The translations under genes and the position numbers were made by a program. Below, piece by piece: positions 10,241 to 20,000 of a DNA stretch of 64,000 nucleotides. The notes beneath the pieces are model-generated. The model was not told the origin of the DNA. It saw only the letters and a list, made by a program, of their open reading frames with translations, and made no database searches. The stretch comes from a virus, in IMG/VR virus record IMGVR_UViG_3300029422_000001, positions 46,744-110,743 of that record. One strand, 5' to 3'. Within the stretch, counting starts at the first letter, position 1. Each line of letters begins with the position of its first letter.

Positions 10241-10534
10241 ATGGTCAACGTCGATGGATCCAAGAGGATCTGGAAGCAGCCGGAAATAAAAGATATTTTT
10301 GAAAAGTGCGGAGCGAAGAAGCCGGATAAAGCGACATGGGGCGATGTCCAATATGTCTTTGCAATGTACTATTCGGATGGTTTTCCGAAGGTCTTCAAAT
10401 GTGAGAACGAGTTGGTGAAAGCTACGTTAATGTATTTGGATGATCCGGATGCTCCCGAAGGAGTAGCCTTTATAAGATGGCTTGCCGTGCAAGATTACCT
10501 CGGCGAAAAAATAAACTGGAAGGATCTGACCTGA
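10241..10534 (+). CDS. Hypothetical protein (97 aa)
   Basis: ORF with protein-like composition. Confidence 0.5.
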   Translation: MVNVDGSKRIWKQPEIKDIFEKCGAKKPDKATWGDVQYVFAMYYSDGFPKVFKCENELVKATLMYLDDPDAPEGVAFIRWLAVQDYLGEKINWKDLT

Positions 10535-10638
10535 GATCCAGACCCAGGTCCTTCCGGTGGTGCGGGAGCCATAGTAAAAAATATGATTCCCGCATTCCCG
10601 TTTTTCCCGTTTGGAAAAAAAAGAATAAAAATGTTATA

Positions 10639-10680
10639 CCGGTCGGCGGGCAATAGAATACCCGTGGCCGGTTTGTTTCA
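10639..10680 (+). terminator. GC-rich hairpin ccggtcggcggg-N10-cccgtggccgg plus TTTGTTT
   Basis: Stem with G-U wobbles read directly, about 100 nt after the stop at 10534. Confidence 0.45.
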
Positions 10681-10698
10681 CATAACTTTTTTTTTGAC

Positions 10699-10875
10699 AT
10701 GAATATAGCACACGAATCTAAATCGAATAAAACCCCATTGTATTTAATAGGAGAGTTGATTGGCGTACCGAATACGGTTATGGACTCAGCATTGCATGAA
10801 CTGAAAGATAGAATAGACAAAGACCCTAAATATAAAGATGTTAAAAATTGGCTCGAATCTTTACCCAAGATCTGA
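10699..10875 (+). CDS. Small unlisted ORF (58 aa): MNIAHESKSNKTPLYLIGELIGVPNTVMDSALHELKDRIDKDPKYKDVKNWLESLPKI
   Basis: Translated by hand; it falls below the ORF-track cutoff. Immediately followed by its own hairpin terminator. Confidence 0.45.
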   Translation: MNIAHESKSNKTPLYLIGELIGVPNTVMDSALHELKDRIDKDPKYKDVKNWLESLPKI

Positions 10876-10898
10876 ACCTATTTTTTTTTCAATACCAG

Positions 10899-10934
10899 GC
10901 CCGATGCGATTTTAACGTATCGGGTTTTTATTTT
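10899..10934 (+). terminator. Hairpin gcccgat-N13-atcgggt plus TTTTTATTTT
   Basis: Read directly. Classic intrinsic terminator shape. Confidence 0.5.
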
Positions 10935-10979
10935 AATTCATATTGTTTTATTTTAAATCTAATTAATTCGTGAATGTCG

Positions 10980-10987
10980 TACTTTTG
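10980..10987 (+). promoter_or_regulatory. TACTTTTG -7 box candidate upstream of the IscB omegaRNA/iscB
   Basis: TAnnTTTG match about 270 nt upstream of the iscB ATG. Bacteroidota promoter consensus. Confidence 0.3.
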
Positions 10988-10989
10988 TT

Positions 10990-11257
10990 GAAAAAGTATT
11001 TTTTATGGAAAATAAGGAAGATTACGTTGGTTACGAAGATCAAGAACTGTGTAACCGGTATTACAAAGAGGCTGAAGCCATGAGGCAAAAGCAGGACTGG
11101 TCTCGGCTTAGGGCTGTCCCTGCTCCGGCTAAGGGAACGCCATCGCCCGGCTGGGGTCAGCTTGGACGTGGAAATGATGTCCGTGTCAAGTATGTTAGCA
11201 TCAATTCAGGATTAATTCCTGACTTATGTTGAATAAACATTAAAAACGTTTGTAGAT
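10990..11257 (+). ncRNA. Candidate IscB omegaRNA (guide + scaffold), directly upstream of iscB
   Basis: Locally GC-rich (gggctgtccctgctccggctaagggaacgccatcgcccggctggggtcagcttggacgtgg) within an AT-rich genome. Small hairpins present (ggg-ctgt-ccc; ggac-N11-gtcc). IscB omegaRNAs are encoded immediately 5' of iscB. The 75-aa ORF 11005..11232 lies inside it and is probably not real. Confidence 0.4.
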
Positions 11258-12478
11258 ATGGTGTACGTACAAGACATAAATGGTAAACCTATGATGCCAA
11301 CAACGAGGCATGGTAAGGTTAGGAGACTGCTTAAAGATAAAAAGGCAGTCGTTGTGAACCTATGTCCGTTTACCATCCGATTAACGTACGTCACATCTGA
11401 TTACAAACAGGAAATTGTGTTAGGCGTTGATGCTGGAACTAAGCATGTTGGTCTATCAGCTACAACGAAAAGCAAAGAACTTTACAGTAGTGAAGTGATC
11501 CTTAGAAATGATATCGTAGATCTTTTGTTTACCAGAAGGGAGCTACGAAGAGCAAGACGGAACAGGTTAAGATATAGAAAACTTCGTTTTAATAATAGAA
11601 TAAAAAGCAAGCGTCCAGGATGGACAGCACCTTCGGTGAAGTACAAAATAGACGCCCATATTCGTGTTATTGATAATGTTTTTTCTATACTGCCTGTATC
11701 TCGTATTGTTATTGAAGTAGCTCAATTCGATACTCAAAAGATTAAGAATCCTAATATATCGGGTAAAGAATATCAGGAAGGTGATCAACTTGGGTTTTGG
11801 AACACAAGGGAGTATGTTTTAGCAAGGGATGGGCATAAATGTCAGTATTGTAAAGGAAAGTCAAAAGATAAGATCCTTAATGTTCATCATCTTGAATCCC
11901 GAAAAACGGGAGGTGATTCCCCTTCTAATCTTATTACCTTATGTGAAACTTGTCACAAAGAATACCATAAAGGTAATATAGATTTGAAGATCAAACGGGG
12001 ATCGTCGCTCCGCGACGCGGCCGTAATGGGGATCATGAAATGGAAGTTGTATGAAGAACTGAGATCCAGATACGACAGAGTTTTTATGACGTTTGGTTAC
12101 ATTACGAAACATAATCGGATTAAATATGGGATTGAAAAATCCCATACATCCGACGCGTTTGTCATTTCTAAGAATATTAATGCGAAACGAATCGAACGTC
12201 AATATTTAAAACGTTTAATTCGTAGACATAATAGACAAATACATAAAATGAAAATTTTAAAAGGGGGGAAGAAGAAAAACAATCAAGCTCCTTTTGAGGT
12301 TTTCGGTTTTAGGTTGTTTGATAAAGTGTTGTATAACAATAAAATATTCTTTGTTTATGGAAGGAGAAAATCAGGGAGTTTCAATATCAGGGATTTCAAC
12401 GGAGAAAATTCAAAAGATGTTTCACGCAAAAAGTTTAAACTCATTAGAGGGAAGAGGCATCCGATTATATTAAAGTAA
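11258..12478 (+). CDS. iscB: IscB, OMEGA RNA-guided HNH/RuvC nuclease (Cas9 ancestor family), 406 aa
   Basis: N-terminal PLMP domain (GKPMMPTTRHGKVRRLLK). RuvC-I GVDAGTKHVGLSAT and Arg-rich bridge helix RRELRRARRNRLRYRKLRF. HNH DGHKCQYC...NVHHL...NLITLCETCHKEYH and RuvC-III SHTSDAFVIS. Domain order and spacing match characterised IscBs. Confidence 0.85.
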   Translation: MVYVQDINGKPMMPTTRHGKVRRLLKDKKAVVVNLCPFTIRLTYVTSDYKQEIVLGVDAGTKHVGLSATTKSKELYSSEVILRNDIVDLLFTRRELRRARRNRLRYRKLRFNNRIKSKRPGWTAPSVKYKIDAHIRVIDNVFSILPVSRIVIEVAQFDTQKIKNPNISGKEYQEGDQLGFWNTREYVLARDGHKCQYCKGKSKDKILNVHHLESRKTGGDSPSNLITLCETCHKEYHKGNIDLKIKRGSSLRDAAVMGIMKWKLYEELRSRYDRVFMTFGYITKHNRIKYGIEKSHTSDAFVISKNINAKRIERQYLKRLIRRHNRQIHKMKILKGGKKKNNQAPFEVFGFRLFDKVLYNNKIFFVYGRRKSGSFNIRDFNGENSKDVSRKKFKLIRGKRHPIILK

Positions 12479-12515
12479 ATGAACAGATTTAATAAATTTA
12501 ATAGAAAAACGTATC

Positions 12516-12821
12516 ATGTATAATAAAGAAATAGTAATATGCGCGGCCATCTGGGTGCAGGACGACAAGAAACGTCCCTATCAGCCCACCAATATACCAT
12601 CCGGCACCGTGTTCTGTGGATTGAGACACCCCTCTATACTATCTCAACTTGCGGCATACGGTATAGCCCATAAAAACCGCAGTGTTCAAGGATTTTTGAC
12701 AAGCAAGAATCGGTTTCTAACAAGAGAGGAGGCATCTGAACTTGTTAAGAGCAATAATCAGGAAATGGTAGTAGATAGGAGTGCCATTAGAGAACAATTG
12801 TATTCAGAAGATCTATATTAA
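12516..12821 (+). CDS. Hypothetical protein (101 aa)
   Basis: ORF downstream of iscB. Cargo, phage moron or IS-flank gene. Confidence 0.45.
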   Translation: MYNKEIVICAAIWVQDDKKRPYQPTNIPSGTVFCGLRHPSILSQLAAYGIAHKNRSVQGFLTSKNRFLTREEASELVKSNNQEMVVDRSAIREQLYSEDLY

Positions 12822-12838
12822 CTAAAAAACAAAACAAC

Positions 12839-13192
12839 ATGGGGTTTAAAATCAAAAAGTCAATCACTTATGATATGATGGACGACAGTCGGGTAGAGTA
12901 CGAATTTGATAATACCAATGATTTAAATCATATCATATTTAAAGGTAATTGTAGAGAACCTTTTTCATTTAGCAGAGTACTTGTTGAAGAATTAATTAAG
13001 ACATTTGAAACCATACGGGATAGATACTCTGATAATTATGAACTTAAGGTCTATCTTTACAATTGTATAATTCAACTGAGCGTAAATCCAAAGGACCCCA
13101 GTGAATCCTTTTTTGGCGTATATGATAGAGATGAGATGAAATTGATATATAGTATAAAAAATAGTATCTTGAAAGGAATGTTTGGCATATGA
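12839..13192 (+). CDS. Hypothetical protein (117 aa)
   Basis: ORF abutting the next ORF (4-nt overlap). Confidence 0.5.
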   Translation: MGFKIKKSITYDMMDDSRVEYEFDNTNDLNHIIFKGNCREPFSFSRVLVEELIKTFETIRDRYSDNYELKVYLYNCIIQLSVNPKDPSESFFGVYDRDEMKLIYSIKNSILKGMFGI

Positions 13193-13500
13193 TTACTAAA
13201 CAAGATATACAAGCAGCAGCATCGTATATTTTCCGAAGCAGTTTTGTCTCGGAGGACCGGGCAAGGAAAGCAATGGTAAGAGCCGGCAATAACGCTACCA
13301 AGATCCTCGTCAAGACCTTTAGAGGCAAGTTGTTCAATAAAGCTTTTGAAAGAGCCCGTAGAGGAAAGGATATCAGCTCTTTTGAAAGACAGGAAAAAGA
13401 AAGTGGTTTCAATTTTCTACATAATCCTAATAATGGTCGTATGCAAAGCGGTCATGTCAAAATAGATGAAATTGGACTATTTAAACAAATAATAGAGTAG
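13189..13500 (+). CDS. Hypothetical basic protein (103 aa)
   Basis: ATGA start/stop overlap with the preceding ORF. Confidence 0.5.
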   Translation: MITKQDIQAAASYIFRSSFVSEDRARKAMVRAGNNATKILVKTFRGKLFNKAFERARRGKDISSFERQEKESGFNFLHNPNNGRMQSGHVKIDEIGLFKQIIE

Positions 13501-13538
13501 GGTACGTAAGTTATCCGACTTTTTCATATATTTGTGGC

Positions 13539-13862
13539 ATGGCAAGAGGTTATTATTGGATACCACAAACAGATGAAACGTTAAATGGCAGAAGCTATTA
13601 CGTGGCTAAGATAGTAGGAGATATCACGTTTGATACTAAACGAAAAAGAATCGTATTTCAAGCTGATAGGTATTTCCCTGTAGGATCTGTTTTCCATTTT
13701 ACGCACAATTGCTTTAACTATATCATAACTTGCCGACTTCGTAAGCCGGGGCTTTGGTTTGAAGCCAGGAGAGAAGATTCAGGCTCTATTTGTCCTGAAG
13801 ATATTGAGCGCTTTGAATCGGGAAGGTTTATTCACCGAGATGGGTACATGCATTACATATAA
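13539..13862 (+). CDS. Hypothetical protein (107 aa)
   Basis: ORF followed by the hairpin tgacga-ttttt-cgtca and a T-run at about 13880-13910. Confidence 0.5.
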   Translation: MARGYYWIPQTDETLNGRSYYVAKIVGDITFDTKRKRIVFQADRYFPVGSVFHFTHNCFNYIITCRLRKPGLWFEARREDSGSICPEDIERFESGRFIHRDGYMHYI

Positions 13863-13972
13863 GCTGAACTTGACGATTTTTCGTCAGATTATAATTTTTT
13901 TTCATATTATTTTAAGCCATCAGACTGAGAAGTTAGGTGGCTTTATTTTTTATGATATGCTTGATTTTTAAC

Positions 13973-13980
13973 TACCTTTG
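13973..13980 (+). promoter_or_regulatory. TACCTTTG -7 box 24 nt upstream of the 2140-aa gene
   Basis: TAnnTTTG consensus match read directly. Confidence 0.35.
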
Positions 13981-14003
13981 TCTCATAACAAAAATGTTTT
14001 ACT

Positions 14004-17000
14004 ATGACATCAACGTGTATTATTAAAAGAGATAATAAAAAGAAAGTTGTTTCTGTCTCTACCAGATCAGGGGACAGGTCTATGTTGTTTGATAAAATAG
14101 CATCTATTCCTCTTATGGAGAACAGAGAACGGGCTACTACTGTTTTTAAAACCGTATTTTCTAATAAGTTCTTAAAGGCTTTTGGCGACTGGAGAAAGAG
14201 AGTGCCTATCAACAAACCGGCTTATAATAAGGTAAAATCCAACATCGATCTTATTCCGGAAGCCTATAGAGAAAGGGTGCTGGATAAGGCTTCTAAGATG
14301 AGTAACCCTGTTCTTGTGTCAAAATCAGATGCACCTTATGAAATCCAAGAATCGGGCTTTGGATTCTACAGCCAAAATCTGGGTGATAATATTATGTTGG
14401 TGGATGTTATGGTTCCTTCAAGTATTTCCGTGCCGGAAGGACCTGGAATAGACGCCGGGCAGTATCTACAAGATGCTATATCTTCGGACTTCACTCCCGT
14501 ATCTATGGTACAGGATAAGGGTGTTAATTATATGGTTATAAAAGACGGTCTTAAGATATTTAGCCCAGAAGAGTTACCACAGACAGATTCTAATCCTGTG
14601 GGTGTAACGTATCAGACCGGAGAGCCTCGTTTGTTTTTCATGAACGATCGTAGTCAATTATTTGAAGATTACGGAGAAGCTCTTCGCTCTGGCGGGAATG
14701 ATATTAGAATAGGATTCTTATCAGGCACCGTTCAAGAATCTGCCTGGGATGGCGTGGCAGGCATTACTTACAAAGCTGGAAAGTATGTTCTTAATAATCC
14801 CAAATCTTTTATACCGGTCATGACCGCTTCTGCTTCTACTTCTTTATCAACAAAAGGTGGTATAATTAACTACCTTATAAAGAAAGGTCTTTTGTCCGGA
14901 TCTAAGATATTCGATCCTGAAACAAGAAGCTATTATCTTACAGGAGAAGGTCATACAGGACAAATTAGACTTTTCAATTCAGCCTTATCATACACCGAGC
15001 TCCGTAATCATTTTGGTTCCGATGTTTCCATGAACGACCAAGGTATGATAACCATAAGCTCGTTGGATAACAGTAAGGTAACTATGAGACTCGCCACCGG
15101 AGGAACGGAAAGGATTAGTAGGGAACAGATAAAGAACGATCTTAAGTCAGGAAGATACAATGAATTGGACGCCAAGTACGATCATTTTGATGCGCTTGTA
15201 GTTTCATTCATATTAGAAGACAACGATCTTTATGCTGATACTAAAGCTAAGATCGTATCGGATTATAGCAGGCAGGAACGTGACCAACGAAATTCTATTG
15301 TCGAGATACTGAAAACGCTTGGAGTTAGTGTCATAGGTATGACCGACTATATAGAGAAGTATCAAACCAAATACGGGCATGAACCTTCTGCTAAGGCATT
15401 GGCTGATATTGCCAATAACGTAATAGCAGTTGGTGAAGATGCTACTTTATCTGATTTAGTAGAAGAAACAGCCCACTTCCTTGTAGAGGCATACAGAGAT
15501 CAGAATGCTGTTGAGGCTGTTCTGCAAGATGTAGAAGGTACGGAAGAGTGGAACCAATATGCAGGTCAGTATTATAATACATACGGTAAGGTATATGAAG
15601 GAGCTGAGCTTGATAATGCTGTTAGGAGAGAAATTCTTGGAAAGATCCTCGCCAGGGAGATGCAGACCGGCACAGCACAGGCGCCGGTAGAGCCCACCTC
15701 CTTCCTGGGGCGCGTCCGGCAGCTTCTCTCTGGAATCGTAAGCTGGCTTAAATCAGCTTTATCAACCCAAAGACAAGATTTGAATAACGTTATTAAAAAC
15801 ATTCGTGATCTTGCCATTACTGACATAGATAAAGGATTTGACACCTCTCTGTTAAAGGATAATGACTTTACATTATACTCCCTTTCTTCTATGAACAAGA
15901 ACAAGTTTCTTGAGTCTAAGATCAGATCACTAAGAAAAACATTAAGAGACTTACGTCAGATAAGCTCTGATAGGGCTGTAACTACGTCTATGACCCTTGC
16001 GCAGCTTAAGACCATAGAAGATAAGATAAATAAGGTAGAGACCGAAATAGACAAGAATGAGATGGCGGCTGCCATGAACAGCATGATCTCCACAGCCGAA
16101 GCTCAGGTCAGATACTTAAACAATGTCGTGAACACCATTCTTCATGGAGATACTAAAGACGGTAAGCTTCACTTCAATACCAATGATCGAAAGAACGTAG
16201 ATATTATCAACAATCAGGTTCTTCCGATCATGAACGATCTTCGAGGATATATCCGTAACAGAAGTACCGAATTTGATGAACGTGAAAAGCAGGATTATAC
16301 AAATAGGATCAATACCGTCATTGCCGACATTAATGGTATTCAATCTGATATTAAATCAGTACAAGACCTTGATGAAAGTACGTTGCTTGATAAGTTAATG
16401 AACGAACTTCATGTGCCGGCAGATAAGGTAAAGAGAGTAAAAGAATTTTTTGACAAAGTTCAACATGATGTCTCTTGGATAAGTAGGTGGTTTGGTATAT
16501 TAGAGCATTCTTCCAGTCCGTTCAATAACGCTCTTGGAGCTATGATTGCCAAAGACAATTACAATGCGATGGTGAATGCCCAGCCCGCCATATCCGACTT
16601 CCTGGCATATGCTAAAAAGCATGGTTTTAACAAATCTGAATTTGAAAAACTGCTTCAGAAAGTAGACGGCAAAACTTCTAATTACCTTCGTAGTGCTCTT
16701 GATATGGCTAAATACGATCGTAATAAGAAGCTGGCGCAGATGCGAGCGTTTGCGACTGCCATGAACATAGAGATATCAGAAGAAGAAATTGGTGATGTGG
16801 TTGACAATAACCGTAATTACGTATTTAAAAGAGAAGTAGTTGACAAGGATGGAAATACGGTTACTGAAAACGCTAAATTCAAACCATCGTCTGATAGAGT
16901 TAATACCGATATTTTTACCATCGAGCAGGAAAAGATTTATACAGAACAGATGGAAAAGTGGGATGCTGAAAATTCGGAACTGGAATTTAGCGAAAGTTAT

Positions 17001-20000
17001 GCCACAAGAATGGAATCCATATACAAAAAGGCTAAAGAAGAATTAGGGCATCCGGTTTCTCAAACAACCAAAGAATACCTTAATGCTCTATCCAGGCAAA
17101 AACGGATATTGAGGCAGCCTTTTATTGATAGCGGTGGTAATTTTGATGAGGTTGCCTATTTTAAAAGCAGCAATTACGAAGAAGAAGGACTGCTTCGTAA
17201 ACAACGTAAGGAAGCAGCTTCGGAATACATATATGTTGGTACCAGACGTGTTGAAAAAACCGGAGACCAGCTTAAGATGGCTAAAGAAATACAAGCCATA
17301 AATGAAGTTTGGAGAAAAGAATCAGATAAGGTTTCCAATGCCGTATCAGAATCGTTTTTGCAAAAATTGAGAACGATTCAAAGCGAGTCGGGAGGAGAAG
17401 CTGCGCTGAAGACACTTATGTTGGGAGGTCACCTGTCATTTAATGATCGGTTTTGGAATGATGTAGAATCGGAACAGTCGGCACGTACCGAATCAAATAA
17501 CAAGGCTTCGTATCTCAAAATGGCGCATGATATCATTAGTTCTACGACAAGTGATAGAGATGCGACTGACGTGGACTCGATTGTAAAAGATATAGAAAAA
17601 AATAAGGCCATTATCAAGGAAATAATCGGAAACAATCGCGATGTGGCTGATATCGGAGAAATTAACGAAGCGACATTTACCTCATCCGAAAGAGATGCTT
17701 TTAGGGCCGCATCTGAAGCTATTGAAGCCGATTACGCTATTTTGATAGATTATGCTAAGATGGTGGGTCTTGAAGATATTGATAAGTACCTTACTAAAAG
17801 CAGTAAGGCTGAAAACGAAGTAAATCAGTCTTATTTAAATGCTCTTGCTGACTCCAAGGAAGTGGAATGGAAGTTCGTACAACGTCATACTACGGCGAAG
17901 AAAGCAAAAAGGATTCAGGCTTTAAGGGATAAGCTGTTTAAGGCTGCTGATAACCGATATCTGTTTACCGTATCTGAAACCAATTACCTGTCAGAAAAGC
18001 TTGGTATAAGCAAAGAATTAGACGGTAGAGATTTTAGGAATGCTGTTAATGCTAAGATGGCCAGCTTATTTTTAAATAATACAAGAGAGGAGGGCATAGA
18101 AGAGGCCAATGCTATTGTTAATGAATTTGCCAGGAGCCAGGTCTTTTCGTACTATAAACGCATGGCGCCTACCGGATATGCGGCTATGATCGACAAAATT
18201 GGTCGAGGTGAGATAGATGTGGCGCAGATGGTTAAGGACGTACAAAATGGTACATCCACCCAAGATTATGGCATGGACATATCGTACCTGTCTTTCGATC
18301 CTGCAAGGGCATGGGTGGCTGAATCTGAAGCCGAAAATAGCGGCCGTAATCCTGATTATGTAAAAGATCATGGGTATGGTCATCGAATGCCTAAGAAAAG
18401 CCTGTATCGTGACGAATCGTATTTCAATGACTTTGGTATCAAGTATGATGCTGACGGTAATGAGGTTGCTACTAAAAACGTAGAGCAGTGGAATATGATT
18501 CAAAAGCTCAAAGAAATAAAAAGACAATCCCTTGATCTATATAAAGAGCAGAGTCCCAATTTGTATGCTATTCCACAGATATCAAAACAAGACATAGAAC
18601 GTATGGAAGGATTGGGTATTAACTTCAAAAATACGGTTCGTAATTTTGTATCAGATCTGTGCCTGGACAGAGTAGACGATTCTCTATATGGTAAGACCAG
18701 GCAAGGGGAAGTATATGATCCGGAAGACAGACTTAGGTCTATACCTAAATACTACATATATGAGTTGGAGAACCAAGATGATGTATCTCACGATTTTGGC
18801 TACTCTTATTCGATGCTTATGATGCAGTCATCGTTATATAACGAAAAGCAGAAGTCTATAGAGCTTGCCCAAGGACTGGAGCAGATGTTACTGAATAAAC
18901 AATTTGAAGGCGGTAAGAAGGCTGAAGCAACCCAAGCATATCAGATGTTCAGGGACTTCTTCAACGATCATTATTATGGCATTAGGATGAACACCAAAAA
19001 ACTTACGGTGAACATCGGAGGATATACGGTAGACCTTACAAGAATTATGATGGCTGTTGAAAGATTTATGTCGGTTATGAACTTGGCACTGTCTCCGTTT
19101 GTGGCAGCTACCGGCGCCCTAACAGGTCATATCAACCTCATCGTGGAATCTGCCGTAGGACAGTATATAAGCAAAGACTCCCTTAAATACGCATCGGCTG
19201 AGTTTTCACGTCTTGCGCCATCTTGTATAGCAGAAACCGGAGACATAGATAGGAAAAGCAAATTATATGTCATAGGTGAGAGAATGGGGATATTCAATAT
19301 CCGAAATCGTATGTATGGTGCCGGATACAATAGAGCGGCCAGGACCTTAATGCGTTCGCCTATGTATGCTTTTATGGAAATCCTGAACTACCCTCTTGAT
19401 CCGCAGGTTATGATTGCTACTATGGACAATGTTCGTTATTACAAAGGCCGGTTCTACACGTTCCAAGATTTCAAGATGGAAAAAGAACGTAATAAAGAAC
19501 AGAGTACCATAAAAAGAGAATGGAATGCATTAAAAGATCGTACTTTATGGAGTATGGTAGACGTCGTGGATGGGAAGGTGGTTGTAAAGCCAGGATCGGG
19601 TGTTACTGTTGAGGAAGTTGAAACCCAGATGGCTATAACCAGAAATCAAGTTCGTAGCTTGTCGCAGATATGTAACGGATCTTTGAATGAAGAAAACCGA
19701 ACTGCCGCATCGCGCAACTGGATAGCCAGGTTCATGACCGCCCACCGAGGATGGTTGGTGCTGGCGGCTCAACGTCTGTGGAAAAGACGTGGCTTCAATT
19801 TCCAGACAATGCAAGAAGAGGAAGGACTGTCAATTACGTTAAAGAATATGATAGCCAAAACATTTAGCTTAGCTTCCGAGTCTGGTATGAAAAACATCAT
19901 AGATGCCTGGAACGAAAATAAAGACAATATGAATGAGGTAGAGAAAACCAATATAAAACGTCTCAGTGTCTATGCCGGCACGTTCCTTATCATGCAAGCC

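Noticed and set aside
9851-10351. 166-aa minus-strand ORF antisense to the Bro-N / RE-rich region
   Set aside because: It is the mirror frame of the RE-repeat coding sequence (poly-S/V/T product). This is a shadow ORF.
11005-11232. 75-aa ORF immediately upstream of iscB
   Set aside because: It lies entirely within the GC-rich structured region expected to encode the IscB omegaRNA. The low-complexity product (PAPAKGTPSPGWGQLGRG) looks like translated RNA-gene sequence.
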